From Chrysomallon squamiferum (lineage: Eukaryota > Animalia > Mollusca), in the NCBI GenBank assembly GCA_012295275.1, contig CM022671.1, forward strand, positions 13,268,001 to 13,332,000: a stretch of 64,000 bases of DNA. The letters are read 5' to 3'. Positions 1 through 13,144 of this stretch are shown here, piece by piece. Under the pieces are notes generated by a model that saw only the letters and a list, made by a program, of their open reading frames with translations, was not told the DNA's origin and did not search any database. A program made the translations under genes and the position numbers. How positions within the stretch are numbered: the stretch's first letter is position 1; every line of letters begins with the position of its first letter.

Positions 1-3000
1 ATTGAATGCGTTCTGTTTTCAAGCAGGTCTTTAAACGCTTTTAAGGGTTAATCATTACCTCTGACTTCCATGATGTTGTGCGTGATTCTGTTTATTGAGA
101 AGAGACGAAGACACCTCGCAGCCGCTCGCACTCCGAAACTTTCAATCGGATACACACATAACAGACAGCATTGAATGCGTTCTGTTTTCAAGCAGGTCTT
201 TAAACGCTTTTAAGGGTTAATCATTACATCTGTTTTCCATGATGTTGTGCGTGTTTCTGCTGATTGAGATGAGACGAACACACCTCGCAGCCGCTGGCAC
301 TCCGAAACTTTCCATGTTATACCCACGTAACAGACAGCATTAAATGCGTTCTATTTTCAAGCAGGTCTTTAAACGCTGTTAAGGGTTAATCATTACCTCT
401 GATTTCCATGATGTTGTGCGTGATTCTGTTTATTGAGAAGAGACGAAGACACCTCGCAGCCGCTCGCACTCCGAAACTTTCAATCGGATACACACATAAC
501 AGACAGCATTGAATGCGTTCAGTTCTCAACCATCTCTTTAAACGCTGTTAAGGGTTAATCATTACATCTGATTTCGATCAGGTAGTGCGTGTTTCCGTTT
601 ATTGTGATGAGACGAACACACCTCGCAACCGCTCGGACTCCGAAACTTTCAATATTATACCCACGTAACAGACAGCATTGAATGCGTTCTGTTTTCAAGC
701 AGGTCTTTAAACGCTGTTAAGGGTTAATCATTACATATGATTTCCATGATGCTGTGCGTGATACTGTTTATTGACAAGAGACGAACACACGTCGGAGCTG
801 CTCGCACTCCGAAACTTTCAATCGGATACACATATAACAGACAGCATTGAATGCGTTCTGTTTTCAAGCAGGTCTTTAAACGCTTTTAAGGGTTAATCAT
901 TACATCTGATTTCCATGATGTTGTGCGTGATTCTGTTTATTGAGAAGAGACGAAGACACGTCGGAGCCGCTCGCACTCCGAAACTTTCAATCGGATTCAC
1001 ACATAACAGACAGCATTGAATGCGTTCTGTTTTCAAGCAGGTCTTTAAACGCTTTTAAGGGTTAATCATTACATCTGATTTCCATGATGTTGTGCGTGAT
1101 TGTGTTTATTCAGAAAAGAAGTACACATCTCGCTACCGCTCGCACTCCGAAACTTCCAATCGTATGCACGCGTAACAGACCACATTGAATGCGTTCAGTT
1201 CTCAACCAGCTCTGTAGACGCTGTTAAGGGTTAATCATTACCTCTGATTTCCATGATGTTGTGCGTGTTTCTGTTTGTTGAGATGAGACGAACACACCTC
1301 GAAACCGCTCGCACTCAGAAACTTCCAATCGTATGGACACGTAACAGACAGCATTGAATGCGTTCTGTTTTCAACCAGTTCTTTAAACGCTGTTAAGGGT
1401 TAATCATTACCTCTGATTTCCATGATGTTGTGCGTGTTTCTGTTTATTGAGATGAGACGAACACACCTCGAAACCGCTCGCACTCGGAAACTTTCAATCG
1501 GATACACACATAACAGACAGCATTGAATGCGTTCAGTTCTCAAGCAGCCCTTTAAACGCTTTTAAGGGTTAATCATTACATCTGTTTTCCATGATGTTGT
1601 GCGTGTTTCTGTTTATTGAGATGAGACGAACACACCTCGCAACCGCTCGCACTCCGAAACTTTCAATGTTATACCCACGTAACAGACAGCATTAAATGCG
1701 TTCTGTTTTCAAGCAGGTCTTTAAACGCTGTTAAGGGTTAATCATTACATCTGATTTCGATGAGGTAGTGCGTGTTTCTGTTTATTGAGATGAGACGAAC
1801 ACACCTCGCAACCGCTCGCACTCCGAAACTTTCCAATATTATGCACACGTAACAGACAGCATTGAATGCGTTCTGTTCTCAACCAGCTGTTTAAACCCTG
1901 TTAAGGGTTAATCATTACCTCTGATTTCCATGATGTTGTGCGTGTTTCTGTTTATTGAGATGAGACGAACACACCTCGCAAACCGCTCGCACTCCGAAAC
2001 TTTCAATCGTATGCACACGTAACAGACAGCATTGAATGCGTTCTGTTCTCAACCAGCTCTTTAAACGCTGTTAAGGGTTAATCATTAGATCTGATTTCCA
2101 TGAGGTAGTGCGTGTTTCTGTTTATTGAGATGAGACGAACACACCTCGCAACCGCTCGCACTCCGAAACTTCCAATCGTATGCACACGTAACAGACAGCA
2201 TTGAATGCGTTCTGTTTTCAAGCAGGTCTTTAAACGCTGTTAAGGGTTAATCATTACCTCTGATTTCCATGATGTTGTGCGTGATTCTGTTTATTGAGAA
2301 GAGACGAACACATCTCGCAACCGCTCGCACTCCGAAACTTTCAATCGGATTCACACATAACAGACAGCATTGAATGCGTTCTGTTTTCAAGCAGGTCTTT
2401 AAACGCTTTTAAGGGTTAATCATTACATCTGATTTCGATGAGGTAGTGCGTGTTTCCGTTTATTGTGATGAGACGAACACACCTCGCAACCGCTCGGACT
2501 CCGAAACTTTCAATGTTATACCCACGTAACAGACAGCATTGAATGCGTTCTGTTTTCAAGCAGGTCTTTAAACGCTGTTAAGGGTTAATCATTACATATG
2601 ATTTCCATGATGCTGTGCGTGATACTGTTTATTGAGAAGAGACGAACACACGTCGGAGCCGCTCGCACTCCGAAACTTTCAATCGGATACACATATAACA
2701 GACAGCATTGAATGCGTTCTGTTTTCAATCAGGTCTTTAAACGCTGTTAAGGGTTAATCATTACCTCTGATTTCCATGATGTTGTGCGTGATTCTGTTTA
2801 TTGAGAAGAGACGAACACACGTCGGAGCCGCTCGCACTCCGAAACTTTCAATCGGATACACACATAACAGACAGCATTGAATGCGTTCTGTTTTCAAGCA
2901 GGTCTTTAAACGCTTTTAAGGGTTAATCATTACATCTGATTTCCATGATGTTGTGCGTGATTCTGTTTATTCAGAAGAGACGAACACACCTCGCAACCGC

Positions 3001-6000
3001 TCGCACTCCGAAACTTCCAATCGTATGCACACGTAACAGACAGCATTGAATGCGTTCAGTTCTCAACCAGCTCTTTAAACGCTGTTAAGGGTTAATCATT
3101 ACATCTGATTTCCATGATGTTGTGCGTGTTTCTGTTTGTTGAGATGAGACGAACACACCTCGCAACCGCTCGCACTCCGAAACTTTCAATCGTATGCACA
3201 CGTAACAGACAGCATTGAATGCGTTCTGTTCTCAACCAGCTCTTTAAACGCTGTTAAGGGTTAATCATTACCTCTGATTTCCATGATGTTGTGCGTGATT
3301 CTGTTTATTGAGAAGAGACGAACACACCTCGCAGCCGCTCGCACTCCGAAACTTTCAATCGGATACACACATAACAGACAGCATTGAATGCGTTCAGTTC
3401 TCAACCATCTCTTTAAACGCTGTTAAGGGTTAATCATTACATCTGATTTCCATGATGTAGTGCGTGTTTCTGTTTATTGAGAAGAGACGAACACACCTCG
3501 AAACCGCTCGCACTCAGAAACTTCCAATCGTATGGACACGTAACAGACAGCATTGAATGCGTTCTGTTTTCAACCAGGTCTTTAAACGCTGTTAAGGGTT
3601 AATCATTACATCTGATTTCCATGATGTTGTGCGTGTTTCTGTTTATTGAGAAGAGACGAACACACGTCGGAGCCGCTCGCACTCCGAAACTTTCAATCGG
3701 ATTCACACATAACAGACAGCATTGAATGCGTTCTGTTTTCAAGCAGGTCTTTAAACGCTGTTAAGGGTTAATCATTACATCTGATTTCCATGATGTTGTG
3801 CGTGATTCTGTTTATTGAGAAGAGACGAACACATCTCGAAACCGCTCGCACTCCGAAACTTTCAATCGGATGCACACGTAACAGACAGCATTGAATGCGT
3901 TCAGTTCTCAACCAGCTCTTTAAACGCTGTTAAGGGTTAATCATTACCTCTGATTTCCATGATGTTGTGCGTGTTTCTGTTTGTTGAGATGAGACGAACA
4001 CACCTCGAAACCGCTCGCACTCGAAACTTTCAATCGTATGCACACGTAACAGACAGCATTGAATGCGTTCTGTTTTCAAGCAGGTCTTTAAACGCTGTTA
4101 AGGGTTAATCATTACATCTGATTTCCATGATGTTGTGCGTGATTGTGTTTATTCAGAAGAGAAGTACACATCTCGCAACCGCTCGCACTCCGAAACTTCC
4201 AATCGTATGCACACGTAACAGACAGCATTGAATGCGTTCAGTTCTCAACCAGCTCTTTAAACGCTGTTAAGGGTTAATCATTACCTCTGATTTCCATGAT
4301 GTTGTGCGTGTTTCTGTTTATTGAGATGAGACGAACACACCTCGAAACCGCTCGCACTCCGAAACTTCCAATCGTATGGACACGTAACAGACAGCATTGA
4401 ATGCGTTCTGTTTTCAAGCAGGTCTTTAAACGCTGTTAAGGGTTAATCATTACATCTGATTTCCATGATGTTGTGCGTGATACTGTTTATTGAGAAGAGA
4501 CGAACACACGTCGGAGCCGCTCGCACTCCGAAACTTTCAATCGGATACACACATAACAGACAGCATTGAATGCGTTCTGTTTTCAAGCAGGTCTTTAAAC
4601 GCTGTTAAGGGTTAATCATTACATCTGATTTCCATGATGTTGTGCGTGTTTCTGTTTATTGAGATGAGACGAACACACCTCGCAACCGCTCGCACTCCGA
4701 AACTTCCAATCGTATGCACACGTAACAGACAGCATTGAATGCGTTCTGTTTTCAACCAGGTCTTTAAACGCTGTTAAGGGTTAATCATTACCTCTGATTT
4801 CCATGATGTTGTGCGTGATTCTGTTTATTGAGAAGAGACGAACACACCTCGCAGCCGCTCGCACTCCGAAACTTTCAATCGTATGCACACGTAACAGACA
4901 GCATTGAATGCGTTCTGTTTCCAAGCAGGTCTTTAAACGCTGTTAAGGGTTAATCATTACATCTGATTTCGATGAGGTAGTGCGTGTTTCTGTTTATTGA
5001 GAAGAGACGAACACACCTCGCAACCGCTCGCACTCCGAAACTTTCAATCGTATACACACATAACAGACAGCATTGAATGCGTTCTGTTTTCAAGCAGGTC
5101 TTTAAACGCTGTTAAGGGTTAATCATTACATCTGATTTCCATGATGTTGTGCGTGATTCTGTTTATTGAGAAGAGACGAACACACGTCGGAGCCGCTCGC
5201 ACTCCGAAACTTTCAATCGTATTCACACGTAACAGACAGCATTGAATGCGTTCTGTTTTCAAGCAGGTCTTTAAACGCTGTTAAGGGTTAATCATTACAT
5301 CTGATTTCCATGATGTTGTGCGTGATTCTGTTTATTGAGAACAGACGAACACACGTCGGAGACGCTCCCACTCCGAAACTTTCAATCGGATTCACACATA
5401 ACAGACAGCATTGAATGCGTTCTGTTTTCAAGCAGGTCTTTAAACGCTGTTAAGGGTTAATCATTACATCTGATTTCCATGATGTTGTGCGTGATTCTGT
5501 TTATTGAGAAGAGACGAACACACCTCGCAACCGCTCGCACTCCGAAACTTTCAATCGGATGCACACGTAACAGACAGCATTGAATGCGTTCAGTTCTCAA
5601 CCAGCTCTTTAAACGCTGTTAAGGGTTAATCATTACCTCTGATTTCCATGAGGTTGTGCGTGTTTCTGTTTATTGAGATGAGACGAACACACCTCGCAGC
5701 CGCTCGCACTCCGAAACTTCCAATCGTATGGACACGTAACAGACAGCATTGAATGCGTTCTGTTTCAACCAGCTCTTTAAACGCTGTTAAGGGTTAATCA
5801 TTACATCTGATTTCCATGAGGTAGTGCGTGTTTCTGTTTATTGAGATGAGACGAACACACCTCGCAACCGCTCGCACTCCGAAACTTTCAATGTTATGCA
5901 CACGTAACAGACAGCATTGAATGCGTTCTGTTTTCAAGCAGGTCTTTAAACGCTCTTAAGGGTTAATCATTACATCTGATTTCCATGATGTTGTGCGTGA

Positions 6001-9000
6001 TTGTGTTTATTCAGAAGAGAAGTACACATCTCGCAACCGCTCGCACTCCGAAACTTCCAATCGAATGCACACGTAACAGACAGCATTGAATGCGTTCAGT
6101 TCTCAACCAGCTGTTTAAACCCTGTTAAGGGTTAATCATTACCTCTGATTTCCATGATGTAGTGCGTGTTTCTGTTGATTGAGATGAGACGAACACACCT
6201 CGCAAGCCGCTCGCACTCCGAAACTTTCAATCGTATGCACACGTAACAGACAGCATTGAATGCGTTCTGTTTTCAAGCAGGTCTTTAAACGCTGTTAAGG
6301 GTTAATCATTACATCTGATTTCCATGATGTTGTGCGTGATACTGTTTATTGAGAAGAGACGAACACACGTCGGAGCCGCTCGCACTCCGAAACTTTCAAT
6401 CGGATTCACACATAACAGACAGCATTGAATGCGTTCTGTTTTCAAGCAGGTCTTTAAACGCTGTTAAGGGTTAATCATTACATCTGATTTCCATGATGTT
6501 GTGCGTGATTCTGTTTATTGAGATGAGACGAACACACCTCGCAACCGCTCGCACTCCGAAACTTCCAATCGTATGCACACGTAACAGACAGCATTGAATG
6601 CGTTCTGTTTTCAACCAGGTCTTTAAACGCTGTTAAGGGTTAATCATTACCTCTGATTTCCATGATGTTGTGCGTGATTCTGTTTATTGAGAAGAGACGA
6701 ACACACGTCGCAGCCGCTCGCACTCCGAAACTTTCAATCGGATTCACACATAACAGACAGCATTGAATGCGTTCTGTTCTCAACCAGCTCTTTAAACGCT
6801 GTTAAGGGTTAATCATTACATCTGATTTCCATGAGGTAGTGCGTGTTTCTGTTTATTGAGATGAGACGAACACACCTCGCAAGCGCTCGCACTCCGAAAC
6901 TTTCAATCGTATACACACGTAACAGACAGCATTGAATGCGTTCTGGTTTCAAGCAGGTCTTTAAACGCTATTAAGGGTTAATCATTACATCTGATTTCGA
7001 TGAGGTAGTGCGTGTTTCTGTTTATTGAGAAGAGACGAACACACCTCGCAACCGCTCGCACTCCGAAACTTTCAATCGGATACACATATAACAGACAGCA
7101 TTGAATGCGTTCTGTTTTCAAGCAGGTCTTTAAACGCTGTTAAGGTTTAATCATTACATATGATATCCATGATGCTGTGCGTGATACTGTTTATTGACAA
7201 GAGACGAACACACGTCGAGGCTGCTCGCACTCCGAAACTTTCAATCGGATACACATATAACAGACCGCATTGAATGCGTTCTGTTTTCAAGCAGGTCTTT
7301 AAACGCTGTTAAGGGTTAATCATTACCTCTGACTTCCATGATGTTGTGCGTGATTCTGTTTATTGAGAAGAGACGAACACATCTCGGACCGCTCGCACTC
7401 CGAAACTTTCAATCGTATTCACACGTAACAGACAGCATTGAATGCGTTCTGTTCTCAACCAGCTCTTTAAACGCTTTTAAGGGTTAATCATTACATCTGA
7501 TTTCCATGATGTTGTGCGTGATTCTGTTTATTGAGAAGAGACGAACACATCTCGCAACCGCTCGCACTCCGAAACTTCCAATCGTATGCACACGTAACAG
7601 ACAGCATTGAATGCGTTCTGTTTTCAACCAGCTCTTTAAACGCTGTTAAGGGTTAATCATTACCTCTGATTTCCATGATGTTGTGCGTGATTCTGTTTAT
7701 TGAGAAGAGACGAACACACGTCGGAGCCGCTCGCACTGCGAAACTTTCAATCGGATTCACACATAACAGACAGCATTGAATGCGTTCTGTTTTCAAGCAG
7801 GTCTTTAAACGCTGTTAAAGGGTTAATCATTAGATCTGATTTCCATGATGTTGTGCGTGATTCTGTTTATTGAAAAGAGACGAACACACGTCGCGAGCCG
7901 CTCGCACTCCGAAACTTCCAATCGTATGCACACGTAAGAGACAGCATTGAATGCGTTCTGTTTTCAAGCAGGTCTTTAAACGCTTTTAAGGGTTAATCAT
8001 TACATCTGATTTCCATGATGTTGTGCGTGATTCTGTTTATTGAGAAGAGACGAAGACACCTCGCAGCCGCTCGCACTCCGAAACTTTCAATCGGATACAC
8101 ACATAACAGACAGCATTGAATGCGTTCAGTTCTCAACCATCTCTTTAAACGCTGTTAAGGGTTAATCATTACATCTGATTTCGATGAGGTAGTGCGTGTT
8201 TCCGTTTACTGTGATGAGACGAACACACCTCGCAACCGCTGGGACTCCGAAACTTTCAATGTTATACCCACGTAGCAGACAGCATTGAATGCGTTCTGTT
8301 TTCAAGCAGGTCTTTAAATGCTGTTAAGGGTTAATCATTACATATGATATCCATGATGCTGTGCGTGATACTGTTTATTGACAAGAGACGAACACACGTC
8401 GGAGCTGCTCGCACTCCGAAAGTTTCAATCGGATACACATATAACAAACAGCATTGAATGCGTTCTGTTTTCAATCAGGTCTTCAAACGCTGTTAAGGGT
8501 TAATCATTACTCTGATTTCCATGATGTTGTCCGTGATTCTGTTTAGTGACAACAGACGAAGACACGTCGGAGCCGCTCGCACTCCGAAACTTTCAATCGG
8601 ATTCACAGATAACAGACAGCATTGAATGCGTTCTGTTTTCAAGCAGGTCTTTAAACGCTTTTAAGGGTTAATCATTACATCTGATTTCCATGATGTTGTG
8701 CGTGATTGTGTTTATTCAGAATAGAAGTACACATCTCGCAACCGCTCGCACTCCGAAACTTCCAATCGTATGCACACGTAACAGACAGCATTGAATGCGT
8801 TCTGTTCTCAACCAGCTCTTTAAACGCTGTTAAGGGTTAATCATTACCTCTGATTTCCATGATGTTGTGCGTGATTCTGTTTATTGAGAAGAAAGGAACA
8901 CACGTCGAAACCGCTCGCACTCCGAAACTTTCAATCGGATACACACATAACAGACAGCATTGAATGCGTTCAGTTCTCAACCAGCTCTTTAAACGCTGTT

Positions 9001-12000
9001 AAGGGTTAATCATTACATCTGATTTCCATGATGTTGTGCGTGTTTCTGTTTATTGAGATGAGACGAACACACCTCGCAACCGCTCGCACTCCGAAACTTT
9101 CAATGTTATACACACGTAACAGACAGCATTGAATGCGTTCTGTTTTCAAGCAGGTCTTTAAACGCTGTTAAGGGTTAATCATTACATCTGATTTCCATGA
9201 TGTTGTGCGTGATACTGTTTATTGAGAAGAGACGAACACACCTCGGAGCCGCTCGCACTCCGAAACTTTCAATCGGATACACACGTAACAGACAGCATTG
9301 AATGCGTTCTGTTTTCAAGCAGGTCTTTAAACGCTGTTAAGGGTTAATCATTACATCTGATTTCCATGATGTTGTGCGTGATTGTGTTTATTCAGAAGAG
9401 AAGTACACATATCGCAACCGATCGCACTCCGAAACTTCCAATCGTATGCACACGTAACAGATAGCATTGAATGCGTTCAGTTCTCAACCAGCTGTTTAAA
9501 CCCTGTTAAGGGTTAATCATTACCTCTGATTTCCATGATGTTGTGCGTGTTTCTGTTTATTGAGATGAGACGAACACACCTCGCAAGCGCTCGCACTCCG
9601 AAACTTCCAATCGTATGCACACGTAACAGTCAGCATTGAATGCGTTCTGTTCCCAACCAGCTGTTAAGGGTTAATCATTACCTCTGATATCCATGATGTT
9701 GTGCGTGATACTGTTTATTGAGAAGAGACGAACACACGTCGGAGCCGCTCGCACTGCGAAACTTTCAATCGGATTCACAGATAACAGACAGCATTGAATG
9801 CGTTCTGTTTTCAAGCAGGTCTTTAAACGCTTTTAAGGGTTAATCATTACATCTGATTTCCATGATGTTGTGCGTGATTGTGTTTATTCAGAATAGAAGT
9901 ACACATCTCGCTACCGCTCGCACTCCGAAACTTCCAATCGTATGCACGCGTAACAGACCACATTGAATGCGTTCAATTCTCAACCAGCTCTGTAGACGCT
10001 GTTAAGGGTTAATCATTACCTCTGATTTCCATGATGTTGTGCGTGTTTCTGTTTGTTGAGATGAGACGAACACACCTCGAAACCGCTCGCACTCAGAAAC
10101 TTCCAATCGTATGGACACGTAACAGACAGCATTGAATGCGTTCTGTTTTCAAGCAGTTCTTTAAACGCTGTTAAGGGTTAATCGTTACCTCTGATTTCCA
10201 TGATGCTGTGCGTGATACTGCTTATTGAGAAGAAAGGAACACACGTCGAAACCGCTCGCACTCGGAAACTTTCAATCGGATACGCACATAACAGACACCA
10301 TTGCATAAGTTCAGTTCTTAAGCAGCCCTTTAAACGCTTTTAAGGGTTAATCATTACATCTGTTTTCCATGATGTTGTGCGTGTTTCTGCTGATTGAGAT
10401 GAGACGAACACACCTCGCAGCTGCTGCCACTCCGAAACTTTCCATGTTATACCCACGTAACAGACAGCATTAAATGCGTTCTGTTTTCAAGCAGGTCTTT
10501 AAAGGCTGTTAATGGTTAATCATTACATCTGATTTCCATGATGTTGTGCGTGATTGTGTTTATTCAGAAGAGAAGTACACATATCGCAACCGATCGCACT
10601 CCGAAACTTCCAATCGTATGCACACGTAACAGATAGCATTGAATGCGTTCAGTTCTCAACCAGCTGTTTAAACCCTGTTAAGGGTTAATCATTACCTCTG
10701 ATTTCCATGATGTTGTGCGTGTTTCTGTTTATTGAGATGAGACGAACACACCTCGCAAGCGCTCGCACTCCGAAACTTCCAATCGTATGCACACGTAACA
10801 GTCAGCATTGAATGCGTTCTGTTCCCAACCAGCTGTTAAGGGTTAATCATTACCTCTGATATCCATGATGTTGTGCGTGATACTGTTTATTGAGAAGAGA
10901 CGAACACACGTCGGAGCCGCTCGCACTGCGAAACTTTCAATCGGATTCACAGATAACAGACAGCATTGAATGCGTTCTGTTTTCAAGCAGGTCTTTAAAC
11001 GCTTTTAAGGGTTAATCATTACATCTGATTTCCATGATGTTGTGCGTGATTGTGTTTATTCAGAATAGAAGTACACATCTCGCTACCGCTCGCACTCCGA
11101 AACTTCCAATCGTATGCACACGTAACAGACCAGCATTGAATGCGTTCTGTTTTCAACCAGCTCTTTAAACGCTGTTAAGGGTTAATCATTACCTCTGATT
11201 TCCATGATGTTGTGCGTGTTTCTGTTTATTGAGATGAGACGAACACACCTCGAAACCGATCTCGCACTCAGAAACCGTATCACACGTAACAGACAGCATT
11301 GAATGCGTTCTGTTTTCAACCAGCTCTTTAAACCCTGTAAGGGTTAATCATTACATCTGAATGCGTTCTGTTTTTTTATTGAATGAGAGGAACACACCTC
11401 GAAACCGCTCGCACTCCGAAACTTTCAATTAACAGACAGCAAATGCGTTCAGTTCTCAACCAGCTGTTTAAACGCTGTTAAGGGTTAATCATTACCTCTG
11501 ATTTCCATGATGTTGTGCGTGTTTCTGTTTATTGAGATGAGACGAACACACCTCGAAACCGCTCGCACTCAGAAACTTTCAATCGGATACACACATAACA
11601 GACAGCATTGAATGCGTTCTGTTCCCAACCAGCTGTTAAGGGTTAATCATTACCTCTGATTTCCATGATGTTGTGCGTGTTTCTGTTTATTGAGAAGAGA
11701 CGAACACACCTCGCAGCTGCTGCCACTGCGAAACTTTCCATGTTATACCCACGTAACAGACAGCATTAAATGCGTTCTGTTTTCAAGCAGGTCTTTAAAC
11801 GCTGTAAAGGGTTAATTATTAGATCTGATTTTGATGAGCTGGTGGGTACGTTCGTTTGTTGAAAAGAGAGGAACACATCTCGCAACCGCTCGCTCTCCGA
11901 AACTTCCAATCGTATGCACACGTAAGAGACAGCATTGAATGCGTTCTGTTTTCAAGCAGGTCTTTAAACGCTTTTAAGGGTTAATCATTACCTCTGACTT

Positions 12001-13144
12001 CCATGATGTTGTGCGTGATTCTGTTTATTGAGAAGAGACGAAGACACCTCGCAGCCGCTCGCACTCCGAAACTTTCAATCGGATACACACATAACAGACA
12101 GCATTGAATGCGTTCAGTTCTCAACCATCTCTTTAAACGCTGTTAAGGGTTAATCATTACATCTGATTTCGATGAGATAGTGCGTGTTTCCGTTTATTGT
12201 GATGAGACGAATACACCTCGCAACCGCTCGGACTCCGAAACTTTCAATGTTATACCCACGTAACAGACAGCATTGAATGCGTTCTGTTTTCAAGCAGGTC
12301 TTTAAACGCTGTTAAGGTTTAATCATTACATATGATATCCATGATGCTGTGCGTGATACTGTTTATTGACAAGAGACGAACACACGTCGAGGCTGCTCGC
12401 ACTCCGAAACTTTCAATCGGATACACATATAACAGACCGCATTGAATGCGTTCTGTTTTCTAGCAGGTCTTTAAACGCTTTTAAGGGTTAATCATTAGAT
12501 CTGATTTCATGATGCTGTGCGTGATACTGTTTATTGACAAGAGACGAACACACATCGGAGCTGCTCGCACTCCGAAACTTCCAATCGTATGCACACGTAA
12601 CAGACAGCATTGAATGCGTTCTGTTCCCAGCCAGCTGTTTAAACCCTGTTAAGGGTTAATCATTAGATCTGATTTTGATGAGCTGGTGGGTATGTGCGTT
12701 TATTGAAAAGGGAGGAACACATTTCGCAACCGCTCGCACTCCGAAACTTCTAATCGTATGCACACGTAACAGACAGCATTGAATGCGTTCTGTTCTCAAC
12801 CAGGTCTTTAAACGCTGTTAAGGGTTAGTCATTGGATCTGATTTTGATGAGGTAGTGCGTGTGTCTGTTTATTGTGATGAGACGAACACACCTCGCAACC
12901 GCTCGGACTCCGAAACTTTCAATGTTATACCCACGTAACAGACAGCATTGAATGCGTTCTGTTTTCAAGCAGGTCTTTAAACGGTGTTAAGGGTTAATCA
13001 TTACATCTGATTTCCATGATGTTGTGCGTGATTGTGTTTATTCAGAAGAGAAGTACACATCTCGCAACCGCTCGGACTCCGAAACTTCCGATCGTATGCA
13101 CACGTAACAGATAGCATTGAATGCGTTCAGTTCTCAACCAGCTG
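1..13144. repeat. 169-bp tandem satellite array (~78 monomers), candidate centromeric/pericentromeric satellite; truncated by the window start
   Basis: The monomer starting ATTGAATGCGTTCTG recurs at 1, 170, 339 (ATTAAATGCG variant) and onward with a 169-bp period. It is highly homogeneous, with recurring variant monomers, and ends at ...CTCAACCAGCTG (~13144). Confidence 0.98.

Noticed and set aside
118-140. CENP-B box in the satellite (minus strand TTCGGAGTGCGAGCGG)
   Set aside because: TTCG-to-CGG spacing is 9 nt rather than 7, and the core A and CGGG positions do not match nTTCGnnnnAnnCGGGn.
11250-11460. Scrambled or deleted satellite monomers as a biological rearrangement
   Set aside because: Clustered small deletions and chimeric pieces look like consensus or assembly errors in a collapsed repeat. 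Not assessable without reads.
1-13144. CRISPR-like array
   Set aside because: Whole monomers repeat with no unique spacers, there are no cas genes, and the context is eukaryotic.
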